DNA from: Mytilus californianus
Taxonomy: Eukaryota
Assembly: GCF_021869535.1 (NCBI RefSeq)
Contig: NW_026262581.1
Location: 25,420,001 to 25,484,000, forward strand
Direction: 5' to 3'
Length of the DNA: 64,000 nucleotides
Position 1 is the first letter of the stretch; each line of letters starts with the position of its first letter. Below, one piece after another: positions 28,572 to 39,866 of the stretch. A program made the translations under genes and the position numbers. Below the pieces are notes generated by a model, which made no database searches, was not told the origin of the DNA, and saw only the letters and a list, made by a program, of their open reading frames with translations.

Positions 28572-30672
28572 CTCTAAGGACCACATCATCCTCTGTAAAA
28601 GCAGATTCTAAATCAGCTACAAGTCGACTCAAGACCCAGTCAGCATCTTTATGACTATGAGAGACAAAGAAGTCGTAGACAAATCCTTCTGATGAATTAT
28701 TGTTTCCTGGTCCAACTGGAACTGAATTCGTTTGAGAAATTTCTTGTAGCTGTGGCTCAATGTCATCCATAAGGTTCAGGTCTGGAACTGATCTTATGTA
28801 TTCATGGAAAATTTCTGAATTTTCTATGTCATGAGTCAACAATTGAGTACAAGTTTGTACGCACTCAGTAATCAACTTTACCCTGGGGCCGTCTAATATG
28901 TGCGGTATCTTGAAAATGTCCCCAATTACTCTCATTAAAGCCTCTTTCTCGTGTTTGAAAATGAATTTATAAACATCTTGAATCTTTTCATATTTTTCTT
29001 TCCCTTTCATCATTGTAAACACGAACTCTTTCAATAGATAAACTACATTTGGTTTTAAATCCACCTCCTTCATATATCTTTTTATCATGTATCGACATGC
29101 AAGCTTTAGTGCAATATTTGATTTAGTATTTGATAAAGACACAGCTCGCTTCATCCAGTCAACGGCAGATTTTATCTCATCTAAGTCATATAAAACGGTT
29201 CCCATATGATATGCGAGAAAGTAGTTAGTTGGACCGCCTTGGTGGAGTCCAAAGTTAAGGTAATCTAAAGCATTAAGTAAATACCTTTTTTGAAATTCTT
29301 TAACGTACCTAAATCCATATTCCCGTATGTCTGGAAACTTTGCTAAAAACTGACAAATTTCGACAAGTTGGCATATTGATCTGGGTGTTCCTTTCGAAAT
29401 AAAGCATTGGTAACCATCGTTGACTGCAAGTTCGAAAAAAGTTCTTGCTTTTGATTTATTATATCCAAAATACACCTGTCCGAGGTCTTTTCTGACTAAC
29501 ATTCTGGTGCTATAACCAAACCAGTTTAAAGAACTTTCATTTATAGAACTTGATAATAAACGTTGAGCTTTGTGGAGCAAATCTTTTTTATCTTTTGGTG
29601 CACGATGCTGTTCTGATAAATTCCATAATGCTCTTCCATAACGATTCAAAATAAATGTGTCACTTCTATTCATTACTTGTGCTCTTTCAAATGCTGAAAT
29701 TGGATTATTCATAAAAACTCGAAAGAGCTGATCACTGATAAAAGAATAATTATCATCAGAAGTCAGAAAATATTTCTGTCGTCGGATAAGAATGTGTCCA
29801 ATAAGTGCATACGACCTTGCTTGGTATATAATAAAATTTTGGTTCGTTGTACCTTTATTTGTACTTATTTTCCAAAATATTTCCGTTGCTTTTAGGGTGA
29901 TGTCTTTCTTTTCTTGAAATCTATCTCTGCCATCTTCGGAACTTAAATCTTTAATGGAATCGTATTTTCTATTGAGTGCTACACCTATGTAAAAAGTCCA
30001 AATAATGTTCTCAATCGTAACGTCGAACAAGCCTCTGGCCTGCTCGAATTTCTCAAGAGCTGTTATTCTTCTAGTGAGCAATTCACTTTGGCGTTTACAT
30101 TCAATGGCCAATTGCAAATTGCTCAATGCTTGTTTATTGTGATAAACGCATCGTTGTAAGTAATCTTTCCTTCGCCCTGTTCCCTTTTTATGCTCTGATA
30201 ATAACATCCTATAGCTTTCAGAAAGTCTATTTTTAGAAATGTGTTCGATGTTTGCAGATTCTTCATTCAAAATTGCATATCCTTGTTCCATTAAGCATAT
30301 TGATTTTGTGCGAAGATCATTAGCAGTTTTGCCTTGCAAGATATTTTCTAGTCTTGACTTGTACTGATCCGCTTCTGTAGTTCTATGGAGAGTACGACTG
30401 AGTTGCTCTATATCTGCTAATGCATTTAAGTTTCTGGGATCGCGCCTTAGTATATTTTCTAGATATTCCCTTGATTCGATCTTTCCACGAGATGACTTGT
30501 TTTTCAAGATGGCGATCATGTTTTGCAAAACATTATGGACTATGATGTGTTCCTCAGTTAGACGTTTGTTCAAGCCTTCTACAGAATCTGCGATTAATTG
30601 CATATCGTTTTCAAATGCAATATTTAAGTTCAAATTTGAAAGTCCTGGCACAATGGCAACATATTCCGCCAT
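28572..30672 (-). CDS. TTC22-like: TTC22/IFIT-like TPR solenoid + start of TIR domain, large coding exon (700 codons + 1 nt) of an ~803-aa TPR-TIR protein
   Basis: Uninterrupted 726-codon ORF. First ATG is at 30672 (caaATGG), with an in-frame TAG at 30732-30730 upstream. Motifs match TTC22 as I recall it, in order: IVPGLSNLNLNIAFE~YLPGHFHLEMQLNFE, PRNLNALAD~PGNLNAWAN, CLMEQGYA~CLAEQGYA, FILNRYGR~PILNRLAK, LNWFGYSTR~LNWQAYCTR. Ends with TIR box 1 YDFFVSHSHKD and a donor AGAG|GTACGC at 28571 (phase 1). Confidence 0.9.
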
Positions 30673-32285
30673 TTGATAAGTTATAAAATGTATACTATCA
30701 AATATAAAGTCTTTTTCAGTTTGCAAAACCTAACTTTGTTTATCTGTAAAAGGAAATAATTACTATCTTAAGTTATCTTAAGTATGTTGATGAAGGATAC
30801 GATAGTCTATAAAAATATTCATTAAACATAGAAAAATATAAATTAAAATACGAAGACGTGATATGTTTGCTAATGAAACAACGTACCACCAAAGACCAAA
30901 GGTGGAGGATGTAAACAATATTAGGCCACCGACCGGCTTTCAACAATATGCAAACTCATACCGTATGGTAAGCTTTAAAAGACCTCGGATGTAAAAAAAT
31001 AAACAATTCAAAGGTGAAAAACTACGGTAATAAGCTTATATTTGTCAGCACAAATGTATATGACAAAAAAATGTTCTGGATTCCCCCTAACAACATTGTT
31101 ATGACTATTTTCATTTTGATGCAGCATATGTATATTTATAAACCTTTAGTTTAGTTTGGAATGGTCTTGGTTGCTCACATGGTTGACGTGATTGACGTCT
31201 ACAGACAAACTACAGACGATCTACTTTTATATAGAAATAAGAAGATGTGGTGTGAGTGCCAATGAGACTACTCTCCATCCAAGTCACAATGTGTAAAAAG
31301 TAAACAATTATAGGTCATTTTACAGCCTTCAACACGGAGCCTTGACTCGCACCGAACAGCAAGCTATAAAGGGCCCGAAAATGACTAGTGTAAAACAATT
31401 CAAACAGGAAAACCAACGGTCTAATCTATAAAAAAACGAGAAACGAGAAACACTTAAGAACCACATGCTAGATTATTTTAGGTGGATTATACTAAGTTGG
31501 AATCGGATCCAATACTACTACTCTACAATTCGACATTTATTACAAAAGATAAATTCATTTAAACTAAAACTCTTTTCAGAAATATGGGTATTTGATGCTA
31601 CTCCGTAAACAATGTATCTTGCCACTTTTCACGCTCTAACGGTACCCTCTCTAACTTTAAAATGAAAACTGGTACAAAACAAACCAGGAAGAGTTTTAGT
31701 AGGATCGTAGACAACTTTGACATGTTTGAACGTCTATAAAACACGACTCGGGTTTATGGTGACACCTCGAATCGTTTAAAGAGACAACTCAGACCGTCCT
31801 ACAGACAATGGCTACTGTATCATTTGATCGATTTGAAGGCATATATCAAAGACAACTAGGATCGTCAATAGACACAAATATTAAAACATATACGGTATCG
31901 TATTGTAAGCTACTGAAGGCCACGCTATAAAAAAAATAATTAAAAAGAGAAAACCATGGCAAAACAAATACAACAACCACTGAATTACAGGTTAAAATGA
32001 CTTGGAATAGGCAAACATACAAAATGTTACGAGATTAACAATGTAAATTGAGCTATTAATAAACTCTCCATTAACCTTTGAAAGTGGTATAACAGCAAAG
32101 CATAAGAACAAATTGTATCTGTTGGATACGAAGTAAAATAAACAACTAACTACTGGAACATTTTAATACACCTCGAGTATTCTGATACATAAATCAGGCA
32201 TAAATCATTATAAATAAATAGTGTTATGGTAAATAGTGATACATTATGAAATTAAAATCATGTTAATTATTGCTTGTACACTTAC

Positions 32286-32363
32286 CTTTCATCTAACATA
32301 TCTACACTGAATTGTATCAATAGTTGATAGTATACATTCTAAACAAACAGATATATAAGTACG
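32286..32363 (-). other. Putative upstream exon of the TPR-TIR gene, copy 1 (78 nt, ends ATGAAAG|gtaagt)
   Basis: Acceptor-like aatatctgtAG| at 32365-32364 and strong donor at 32285. Paralogous to 32822-32898. Confidence 0.5.
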
Positions 32364-32575
32364 CTACAGATATTATATAATGTTTTAAATGGAGGTCAGC
32401 TGTTATATTTTATTGATAGTTATTTTCTGAAAACGTCTTTTCAGAAATGAGGGCAAGCGATTTCAATGAGGAGGATTTTTTTTTATTTACTGATGTAACA
32501 AGATACATGTTAGATAAGTGGGTATATCTTATACATCCGTCAGTAACATGCTTTACTTACATAAATGTACCCAGG

Positions 32576-32746
32576 TGCGGATCCATGATTATGAAAAAGG
32601 GGGAGCCCCTTGCAAGCCAACGTTTGGAGTGATACTTGTAAATAGTCTAAGTATGCATTTATCATATAAGAAGTTCCAGAAGAGAGCCCGGGTCCCCTTG
32701 CACCCCCCCCCCCTTTTCCCCCTCTCCCCCTAAATCCGTTTTTGGT
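32576..32746. mobile_element. Small caggggcggatcc-type MITE lying between the two duplicated upstream exons
   Basis: caggtgcggatcc...ccctaaatccgtttttg, flanked by gtacc on both sides. Confidence 0.5.
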
Positions 32747-32821
32747 ACCCGAGTTCTGCCAATCAATCAAACAAATTGTTTAATTATCAAATTGTAAATT
32801 AATACTCGTACGCTTGCTTAC

Positions 32822-32898
32822 CTTTCATCATCTGATATATCGATCTACACTTAATTCTATAAATAGATCAAAACATTCAAAGCAAACAAACAAATAAG
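32822..32898 (-). other. Putative upstream exon of the TPR-TIR gene, copy 2 (77 nt, ends ATGATGAAAG|gtaagc)
   Basis: Same acceptor (aatatctgtAG) and donor context as 32286-32363; the two copies are best conserved at the splice sites. Confidence 0.5.
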
Positions 32899-33875
32899 CT
32901 ACAGATATTATATAATTCAATAATGTATTTTAAAAGGAGGTCGTGTGTAATTAGTAACTTCTGAAGCATCTTTATCGATATTTTTTTTAGGAATTATAAC
33001 GATCATGTACACGGATGACATTTAATTTTTTAATCTGTTGTAATAAGATAAAATTAAGACATAATTGGATTTATTTAAATTTCCTACTTAACAAGCTACG
33101 GACGAAATGTACTCAAGTCATCCAATCTATGAGGATTGTTTACTGAATATTTAAAAGTATTTTTGGGTCAGTCGAAAACAAAAAGTGACGGCATTCAATA
33201 GCGTTTCAATTAGAAATACAGGGGCAGTTATAGACCTGCACAGAAAAATGGACGGATAAAAGAGAAATCGAGAAAGTAGAGAAATTTTATAGAGAAAAGA
33301 AGGGAATGAGAGAGGATATGGAAGAAGAAAAGGAGAGGCAGAGGCATGGGCAAGGAGGAGATATATGTGTCCTCTAATAAAACTTAATTAAAAAACTATC
33401 TGCATTTACATGTTCATTCCCATCGAATTTATTATTGATCTCCTAATTAGATTTCAAGACCAGCAATCCAACATGTGTGATATGATTGCAAATGAGACAA
33501 CTATCCACAAGAGACACAGGACGAAGATGAAAACAAGCCACTTTTGGTCACCGTCTGACCTTTAACAAAGAACAAAACCTATACATTATAGCGAGCTGGA
33601 AAGGCTCCTGCATCACAAAATCTAAATCAATTCAAAAGATAAAACAAACGGGCTCATTTATTCTAAACACAATGAAAGAAAAATAAACATTGGAGACACC
33701 AAAGAACGACAATGCTCGTTCATAAGACATAGCGTATGCTCGTTTTTTAAGTCAATGTTCATGGGTTGATAATCTCTAATAGAACACATTTATTTATATC
33801 CAATTGACACTTGATTTGGAAAATTCCTATGATAACTAATAATTTTAAAATGACTTCTTCAAATATAAGACTTAC

Positions 33876-33950
33876 CCTTGATAAGTGTTACAGAATTATA
33901 TTTGTTCATGTTTGCAAAAATGAGCAGACATGTTGACATATATAATATAT
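33876..33950 (-). other. Possible first non-coding exon of the TPR-TIR gene (5' boundary unknown)
   Basis: Strong donor CAAGG|gtaagt at 33875, with an AT-rich TATA-like stretch near 33940-33960. Confidence 0.3.
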
Positions 33951-34582
33951 TTGTGATATAATTATCATGGGGCTCAGCATCACATTTGAAATGGTTAAAG
34001 GTCAGGGAATTAAAAAGAATAAAAAGCTTCAATGATAAGCTTGAATAAAAACAAGGAATGAAGTGATTTTATTCACAGACGCTGAATATTTTCTGATACG
34101 TTTGTAATATAATATTTTATTCTTGTTTCGGGATAAATATGATTTAAATGAAAATATTTCAATGCAGTTTTTGTTCTCAAGAAAACTTATCAGTAAACTG
34201 TTTATTATTAACTGCAATTAGAATCATTTGAAGTTTCTCGTGATGTCGGGAGAAGTGTTTCTTTATTCGTTCAAACTATTTGCCAAACAGTAAGTGTGCG
34301 CATTAATATATAAATCGCTAGCACAATAAATCTCATTATTTTTAGGCTCCCTTGCAATTGTATTAGTATTCCTTTTTAGAAAAGCCATGGCAATTTTCCA
34401 CAAAATTCTAATGTCAGTGGGTGGAGTGACATTTCTTATTACTTTTTAAGACATGCGCGAAGTTGCCTTTTGGCATATCTGAAAAAACACTTAGTAATAC
34501 ACATATATATCTACAGTTTACCATACGGTTTGGGTTTTGCTCATTGTTGAAGTCCGTGCAACGACCTATCGTTGCATTTAGT

Positions 34583-35070
34583 AAAATTGAGAATGGAAAT
34601 GGGGAATGTGTCAAAGAGACAACAACCCGACCATAGAACAGACAACAACCGAAGGCCACCAATGGGTCTTCAATGCAGCGAGAAACTCCCGCACCGGAGG
34701 CGTCCTTCAGCTGGCCCCTAAACAAATATGTATACTAGTTCAGTGATAATGGACGTCATACTAAACTCCAAATTATACACAAGAAACTAAAATTAAAAAT
34801 GATACAAGACTAACAAAGGCCAGAGGCTCCTGACTTGGGACAGGCGCAAAAATGCGGAGGGGTTAGTCATGTTTTTTGATATCTCAACCCTCCCCTATAC
34901 CTCTAGCCAATGTAGAAAAAATAAACGTACAACAGTACGCACAGTAAAACCCAGTTTAAGAGAAGTCCGAGTCCGATGTCAGAATAGGAAACAAAAGAAA
35001 ATAAACAAAATGACAATAATACATAAATAACAACAGACTACTAGCAGTTACTGACATGCCAGCTCCAGAC
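34583..35070 (+). repeat. Family A repeat copy, between the membrane-protein gene and the TPR-TIR gene
   Basis: High similarity to 387-860. Confidence 0.85.
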
Positions 35071-35946
35071 CTATTCAATATACATCTCTGGCTTTCAAAT
35101 AATTGGGGTTGAGCGTTTCTAATGAAGGTAATTTCAGAAAAGCGCTTCGGACACACAAAATTTATAAAGATTTATTTTCATTTTCATGAATATTTGGCGA
35201 TCCATGATCATCGGAATCGGTTTTATTACACCCTTTATTATAACGTATAGAGATTGATTGACATGTGATGTACGCATAAAATGAATACTTTTACTATCAA
35301 CTCTAACTATTATAACTGGATGTATAGTAGTAAGTATACTACCTTTAGCTTTATACATTTTGTTTCTGAATTCCTTCATAGGTTTCGAGTTTGGTCGTAA
35401 GAAAAGGTGTCTATTATTTTGACTTATGATAGTAAGTATATATTTGTACTACATTTAGCTTAATACTTTTATTCTGAATTTCTTCATAGGTTTAGAGTTT
35501 GTTCGTAAGAAACTGTTACTTTAACCGGTGTCGATTATTTTGTACATGATTGTACACTACAGAACGATGTACACATTAACGATGTACCCTCATCAACCTT
35601 ATGAGAGGCGTATTTACGATTTCAGGTGTTTAGCTGAATTTATCCTGAATGACCATAGATCTAGCTTCGATTAACCTTCTGAATTCATGCAACAATAAAT
35701 TTTTAATTTTGACGTTAATTGCAACATTTTACGGGAACTAGCGCGTGTCTTTAAATATTGGCAGACAAATTTGAATACAAGTTTTACTACGTCTATTTAT
35801 GAGAAAAGGGATAATGTGAAATATTCAGATTGCTGTAGGCGTGTATGGTGACTCATCTTGATTGAATGATTACTTCCATCATTGTTTTAACATTGTTCAA
35901 GACTTATGCTTTTAATGAATATCAATGAACAGTATGTACAATGTAG

Positions 35947-36897
35947 CTACAAAGGAATGTCATGCATATCTTTATCGTCAATATAGTATTTTGGCGCATC
36001 CACAACTTTATTGTCTTCTGACGCTGAAAATTTATCATTATCTATTTCATTATCCTGATTTTCCAAGGCTTTATGAACTGATCGGTCCATTTTGAGGTCA
36101 CGTGATAGCGCTTTATTGTCTTTATTAGAATTTTGTTCATGATCACTTTCTGGCTTTTTAAATGAAACATTGTTCGTCTCTGTAACTGTGTGTCCAATGC
36201 TGGCAGTTTGATCGGTGGCTTTATTGGTAACAGTCTGCTCTAACTTTACTTGTTGAACAGACACTTCATCGTTAACAGTTTGTTTTGAATTAACTTGTTG
36301 AGCAGAAACTTCATAGTCAGCTGTTTGCTTAGCATTAACTTGTTGACCAGACATATCATCGTTAGCAGCTATTTTTGCATTAACGTGTTGACAAGACACT
36401 AAGTCTTCATCGTTAACACTTATCTTAATATTATCATGTTGAGCAGACACGTCATCGTAAACAGTTTGTGTATCATTAACTTGTTGACCAGACACTTCAT
36501 CGATAACAGTTTGTTTAGAAGTAGGTTCTTCGTCACTCATTTTATTGGAAATAGTTTGTTCATCTTTAACTTCTCCCGTTGTCACTTTTTCGCTATAAGA
36601 TTTATCGGTATTTGATTCTTGTTTAACGCTTCTTTCGTTAACAGTTTTATCAAAATTCTCAATTCCGTTAACAGTTTGTTCACAATGTTCTTCTTGGTTA
36701 CCAGTTATTGTATCGTAAACAACACGTTCAATATGCATCCCCACTGTTTGGGATTCTGGTTTGATGTTGCATGTAAAAGAAGTTTCGTTTTCATCATCCG
36801 ATTTGCTTGAGGTAACGTACCCGTCATTGTCGTTGCCTAACTCAACATCGACTATCGCAGAATTTCTTGGTGTCTCAGGCAGTTTTCCAGTCATAAC
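35947..36897 (-). CDS. Orphan membrane protein, terminal coding exon: acidic, low-complexity cytoplasmic tail with 15-aa repeats, ends KYYIDDKDMHDIPL*
   Basis: 316-codon open frame in AT-rich DNA; acceptor ttttttgatAG|GTT at 36899-36898 (phase 0); TAG at 35949-35947. Confidence 0.82.
   Translation of the reverse strand, partial: VMTGKLPETPRNSAIVDVELGNDNDGYVTSSKSDDENETSFTCNIKPESQTVGMHIERVVYDTITGNQEEHCEQTVNGIENFDKTVNERSVKQESNTDKSYSEKVTTGEVKDEQTISNKMSDEEPTSKQTVIDEVSGQQVNDTQTVYDDVSAQHDNIKISVNDEDLVSCQHVNAKIAANDDMSGQQVNAKQTADYEVSAQQVNSKQTVNDEVSVQQVKLEQTVTNKATDQTASIGHTVTETNNVSFKKPESDHEQNSNKDNKALSRDLKMDRSVHKALENQDNEIDNDKFSASEDNKVVDAPKYYIDDKDMHDIPL
36200..36560 (-). repeat. Coding tandem repeat, ~45-bp/15-aa unit (KQTVNDEVSxQQVNx), about 7-8 degenerate copies
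   Basis: Visible in translation: KQTVIDEVSGQQVND, TQTVYDDVSAQHDNI, KIAANDDMSGQQVNA, KQTADYEVSAQQVNS, KQTVNDEVSVQQVKL. Confidence 0.85.
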
Positions 36898-38194
36898 CTA
36901 TCAAAAAACAAGTAAAAAAATAAAAATGGTCCATCTTTTTTAGAAATGCTGAATAAGGATGAGTGTAAAACACTTGCAAAAGTGTTGCAGGTTTCATAAA
37001 ATATAAATGTATTCCGGGTTCGATTCTACCAATGTGTTTTGGGTATTGAAATATGATCATGACTGGACATTTTACATCCGGCAATAAAACAAATTTTAAA
37101 GAGGTTTGCACGTTTGCTGAAAACATAAATTAAAAGCCACTTTAAACGTAAATGACTGACATGCAATTACATGTATGCTGTCAAGGTACCTATAATATAT
37201 AAACTAAATTTCAAAGTATATGTTTCATCAATAGTTTTTAAGGGGTGTAATCAGTGGAACAGGAACATCTTGAATCATCCCCCAGTTCTTATTTGGGTTC
37301 GTGCAGCTTATATTATCCTATAAGTTTATATTTTGTGTCTATCATTATCAAAACTAAGTTTAATATGTATATGCAGTTATCTTTCTTTATGCATGTATAT
37401 TTTGTGCACAAATTGTATTGATGTCCCAATTATAATTTGTACAGAATTTTTTGTACAAATTATCAAACATTTTTTTTTTCACAAAAAGTATTTGGATAAA
37501 CAAAGCACACTTTTTTGGTTAAGCTTATAACTGTAATATATGGATGACTACATGATAGTCTATAACCATACAATATATGCGCATTTAATACCAATCACAA
37601 CGGTAATCGAATGTAAACATAGTCACATGGAATTTGATTGGATCTAAGCCACACATTAGAATAGTACCATCCCTCCACATGTTAATGGGTCCATGCAATA
37701 ATTACTCTTCTAAATACGTTGTATAAATTCTAATTTCGTGTCGTACGAAAAATGCCTTTATCCACGAAGTCCAAGTTCATTGACCTTTCACCCACTATAT
37801 ATATCCAGCCATTTTCAGGCCTCATAATTTCATTTGTATTCACAAATGGAACTAACACAAGCAATCAGCAGAGGATAACATATGAAATTTAGGTGAAATG
37901 ATGTGTTGTTTATCACATTCATATGAACAAAATATATCACATTCATACATGAGAGAATCTCATAACTGATCAAAATTATGAAACAAACCAGTATCATTTA
38001 CATTAAAAGTATGTTTCATTATTATACGTTATTTTGATTGGCTAACAGTAATCTCGCTTCATTCTTCATTTCAAAATCAATTGCATGAATTGAAACATAC
38101 ATGATGACACACGTTTCCACAATAAAATGCACAGGTAAATAAAAGAAAATCTTGATAGTAATCGTGTTAATTCATGATCATAGCGAAAAAATGT

Positions 38195-38310
38195 AATTTC
38201 ATAGGGTTGTAAAAGCGTTGACCGTGCGTACATTTTTAGAATGTACTTCGGTCAAGTTGAACGCTTTTACACCCCAATGAATTTACAAAAAGAAGCATTC
38301 AATTCTTAAA
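38195..38310. repeat. Hairpin element just downstream of coding exon 2 of the membrane protein gene
   Basis: tgtaatttcatagggttgtaaaagcgttgacc...aacgcttttacaccccaatgaatttaca; related half-copy near 10965-11045. Confidence 0.6.
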
Positions 38311-38350
38311 TAAAACAATTTCTTTTCATTCACATAATCAAATATCTTAC

Positions 38351-38399
38351 CGGATTATCTCTAAAACTTACTTCCTGGAAATTCTTTTTCTTTCGAAAC
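38351..38399 (-). CDS. Orphan membrane protein, coding exon 2: (R)FRKKKNFQEVSFRDNP, polybasic stop-transfer segment
   Basis: Acceptor ttttactttaaAG| (38401-38400) phase 2; donor CCG|gtaaga (38350) phase 0; alternative donor GAA|gtaagt (38371) also phase 0. Bridges the phases of exons 1 and 3 exactly. Confidence 0.75.
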
Positions 38400-39866
38400 C
38401 TTTAAAGTAAAACATAATACTGAGCATAGACGAGTTCACAACGTAATGATACGTTAGTTTTATATAGGAGACGCAATGGATAAGCGTTGGTTCGTTAAAG
38501 AGATATTATAATCACGGTAATGGTTGAACGTGGTATCTGACGAATAATCTGAGTTTGAGTATCTCAGTCTTACATTGTCCTATGGATCCCGAAAAACTAA
38601 TTTTCATTTCATGCAGTCACTTAAGTACTAGTACTCTTTCTGTCTTAATACTGTTAATTTCTGTATATATTGCATGTGTAAGTATGGTTAAATATGGATT
38701 AATCATCATCAGATTTGGAATTTTGAGTATCATTTTAAAATGACAATTACCTGTTGCATTCCTTTTTTGCAGCACGTAAGCATAATCTGTATGCAGCAGA
38801 TGTTAAATTCATTTGATTAGCATTGTTCCTTATATTCGGTAAAGTAATTATGATACATTAACTTCTGTTTTATGTTAACTTCTTAAGGCTTAATATTTTA
38901 TCTATAGCTTTAACAAGACTTCTTTCGACTGGCGGGGATCTGATTTTAAGGGGATCGTATAAAATACCTTATTTTCGATTTAAAGTAATGTCACACAATA
39001 TATCCCAATGAGATTACAGAATATAAATCAGTAAGTATGAGCTTGAATATTGCAAATAGATAAGAATAGAACAAGAGAATAATAAATTTGGACTATTCCA
39101 TGGTTTGATTGAATGATAAATTGGCGTTTGCTTAACGTCCAGTGGCAAATATTTCATGCATATCTAAAGTGAAAACACAATAGTTGGATGTTAATATACC
39201 CTACATTGTACTATACAGACACTCTCCTTTTGATTTATAACGTGCTAGCTTTCAAGGTAACAATCCACAGAAAGACAAATCATGACATACTCTGACAAAT
39301 TAATCTGGTTTTTACCTTTAATCCTAAATTCTTATAGCGAAAATACAAATTTTGAAGATTTTGGTTTTATCCAGCCCGAAAAGTACAAAGTTTAACTAAG
39401 CGACAGACAAAGGTATTTCACGGTTATAAGTCATGAAACAAATATAGAACGTTTACGATCATATGTCATATATATTCGTTTCTGATTAACGCAGTGATGA
39501 TGGCGTCTTTAAAACATAGACGAAGATTGTTCAATGATGAAAATACCAAAAACACCAACCACAATCAGTGTACCGATCCAAGGGAACATCTCTACTAAGT
39601 GTATATGATATTTTTAATGAGTTCTAACGAATGAAGACGGTTTCTACGATTGTCCAAGAGGGACAACATTACAAGCCGACAGACCATATGCCAGCTGAGG
39701 ACTAATTTGCTTTGATGACTAGTCATATGAGTCTGTTTATACCTCCGGCTACCTAACTTGTTTCAGTTTGGTTTGTATTACTTATGGCTGAGTTTTCAAA
39801 AAAATGTTTACGCGCATTTCTGTTTTTTCTGTGTTCTGTTTCAATTTGCATTGTCCTCATTTTCAA

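Noticed and set aside
38751-38786. Extra mini-exon IMLTCCKKGMQQ with a good donor (CAG|gtaatt)
   Set aside because: Phase 0-0 cannot sit between coding exon 1 (ends phase 2) and exon 2 (starts phase 2); the acceptor is weak.
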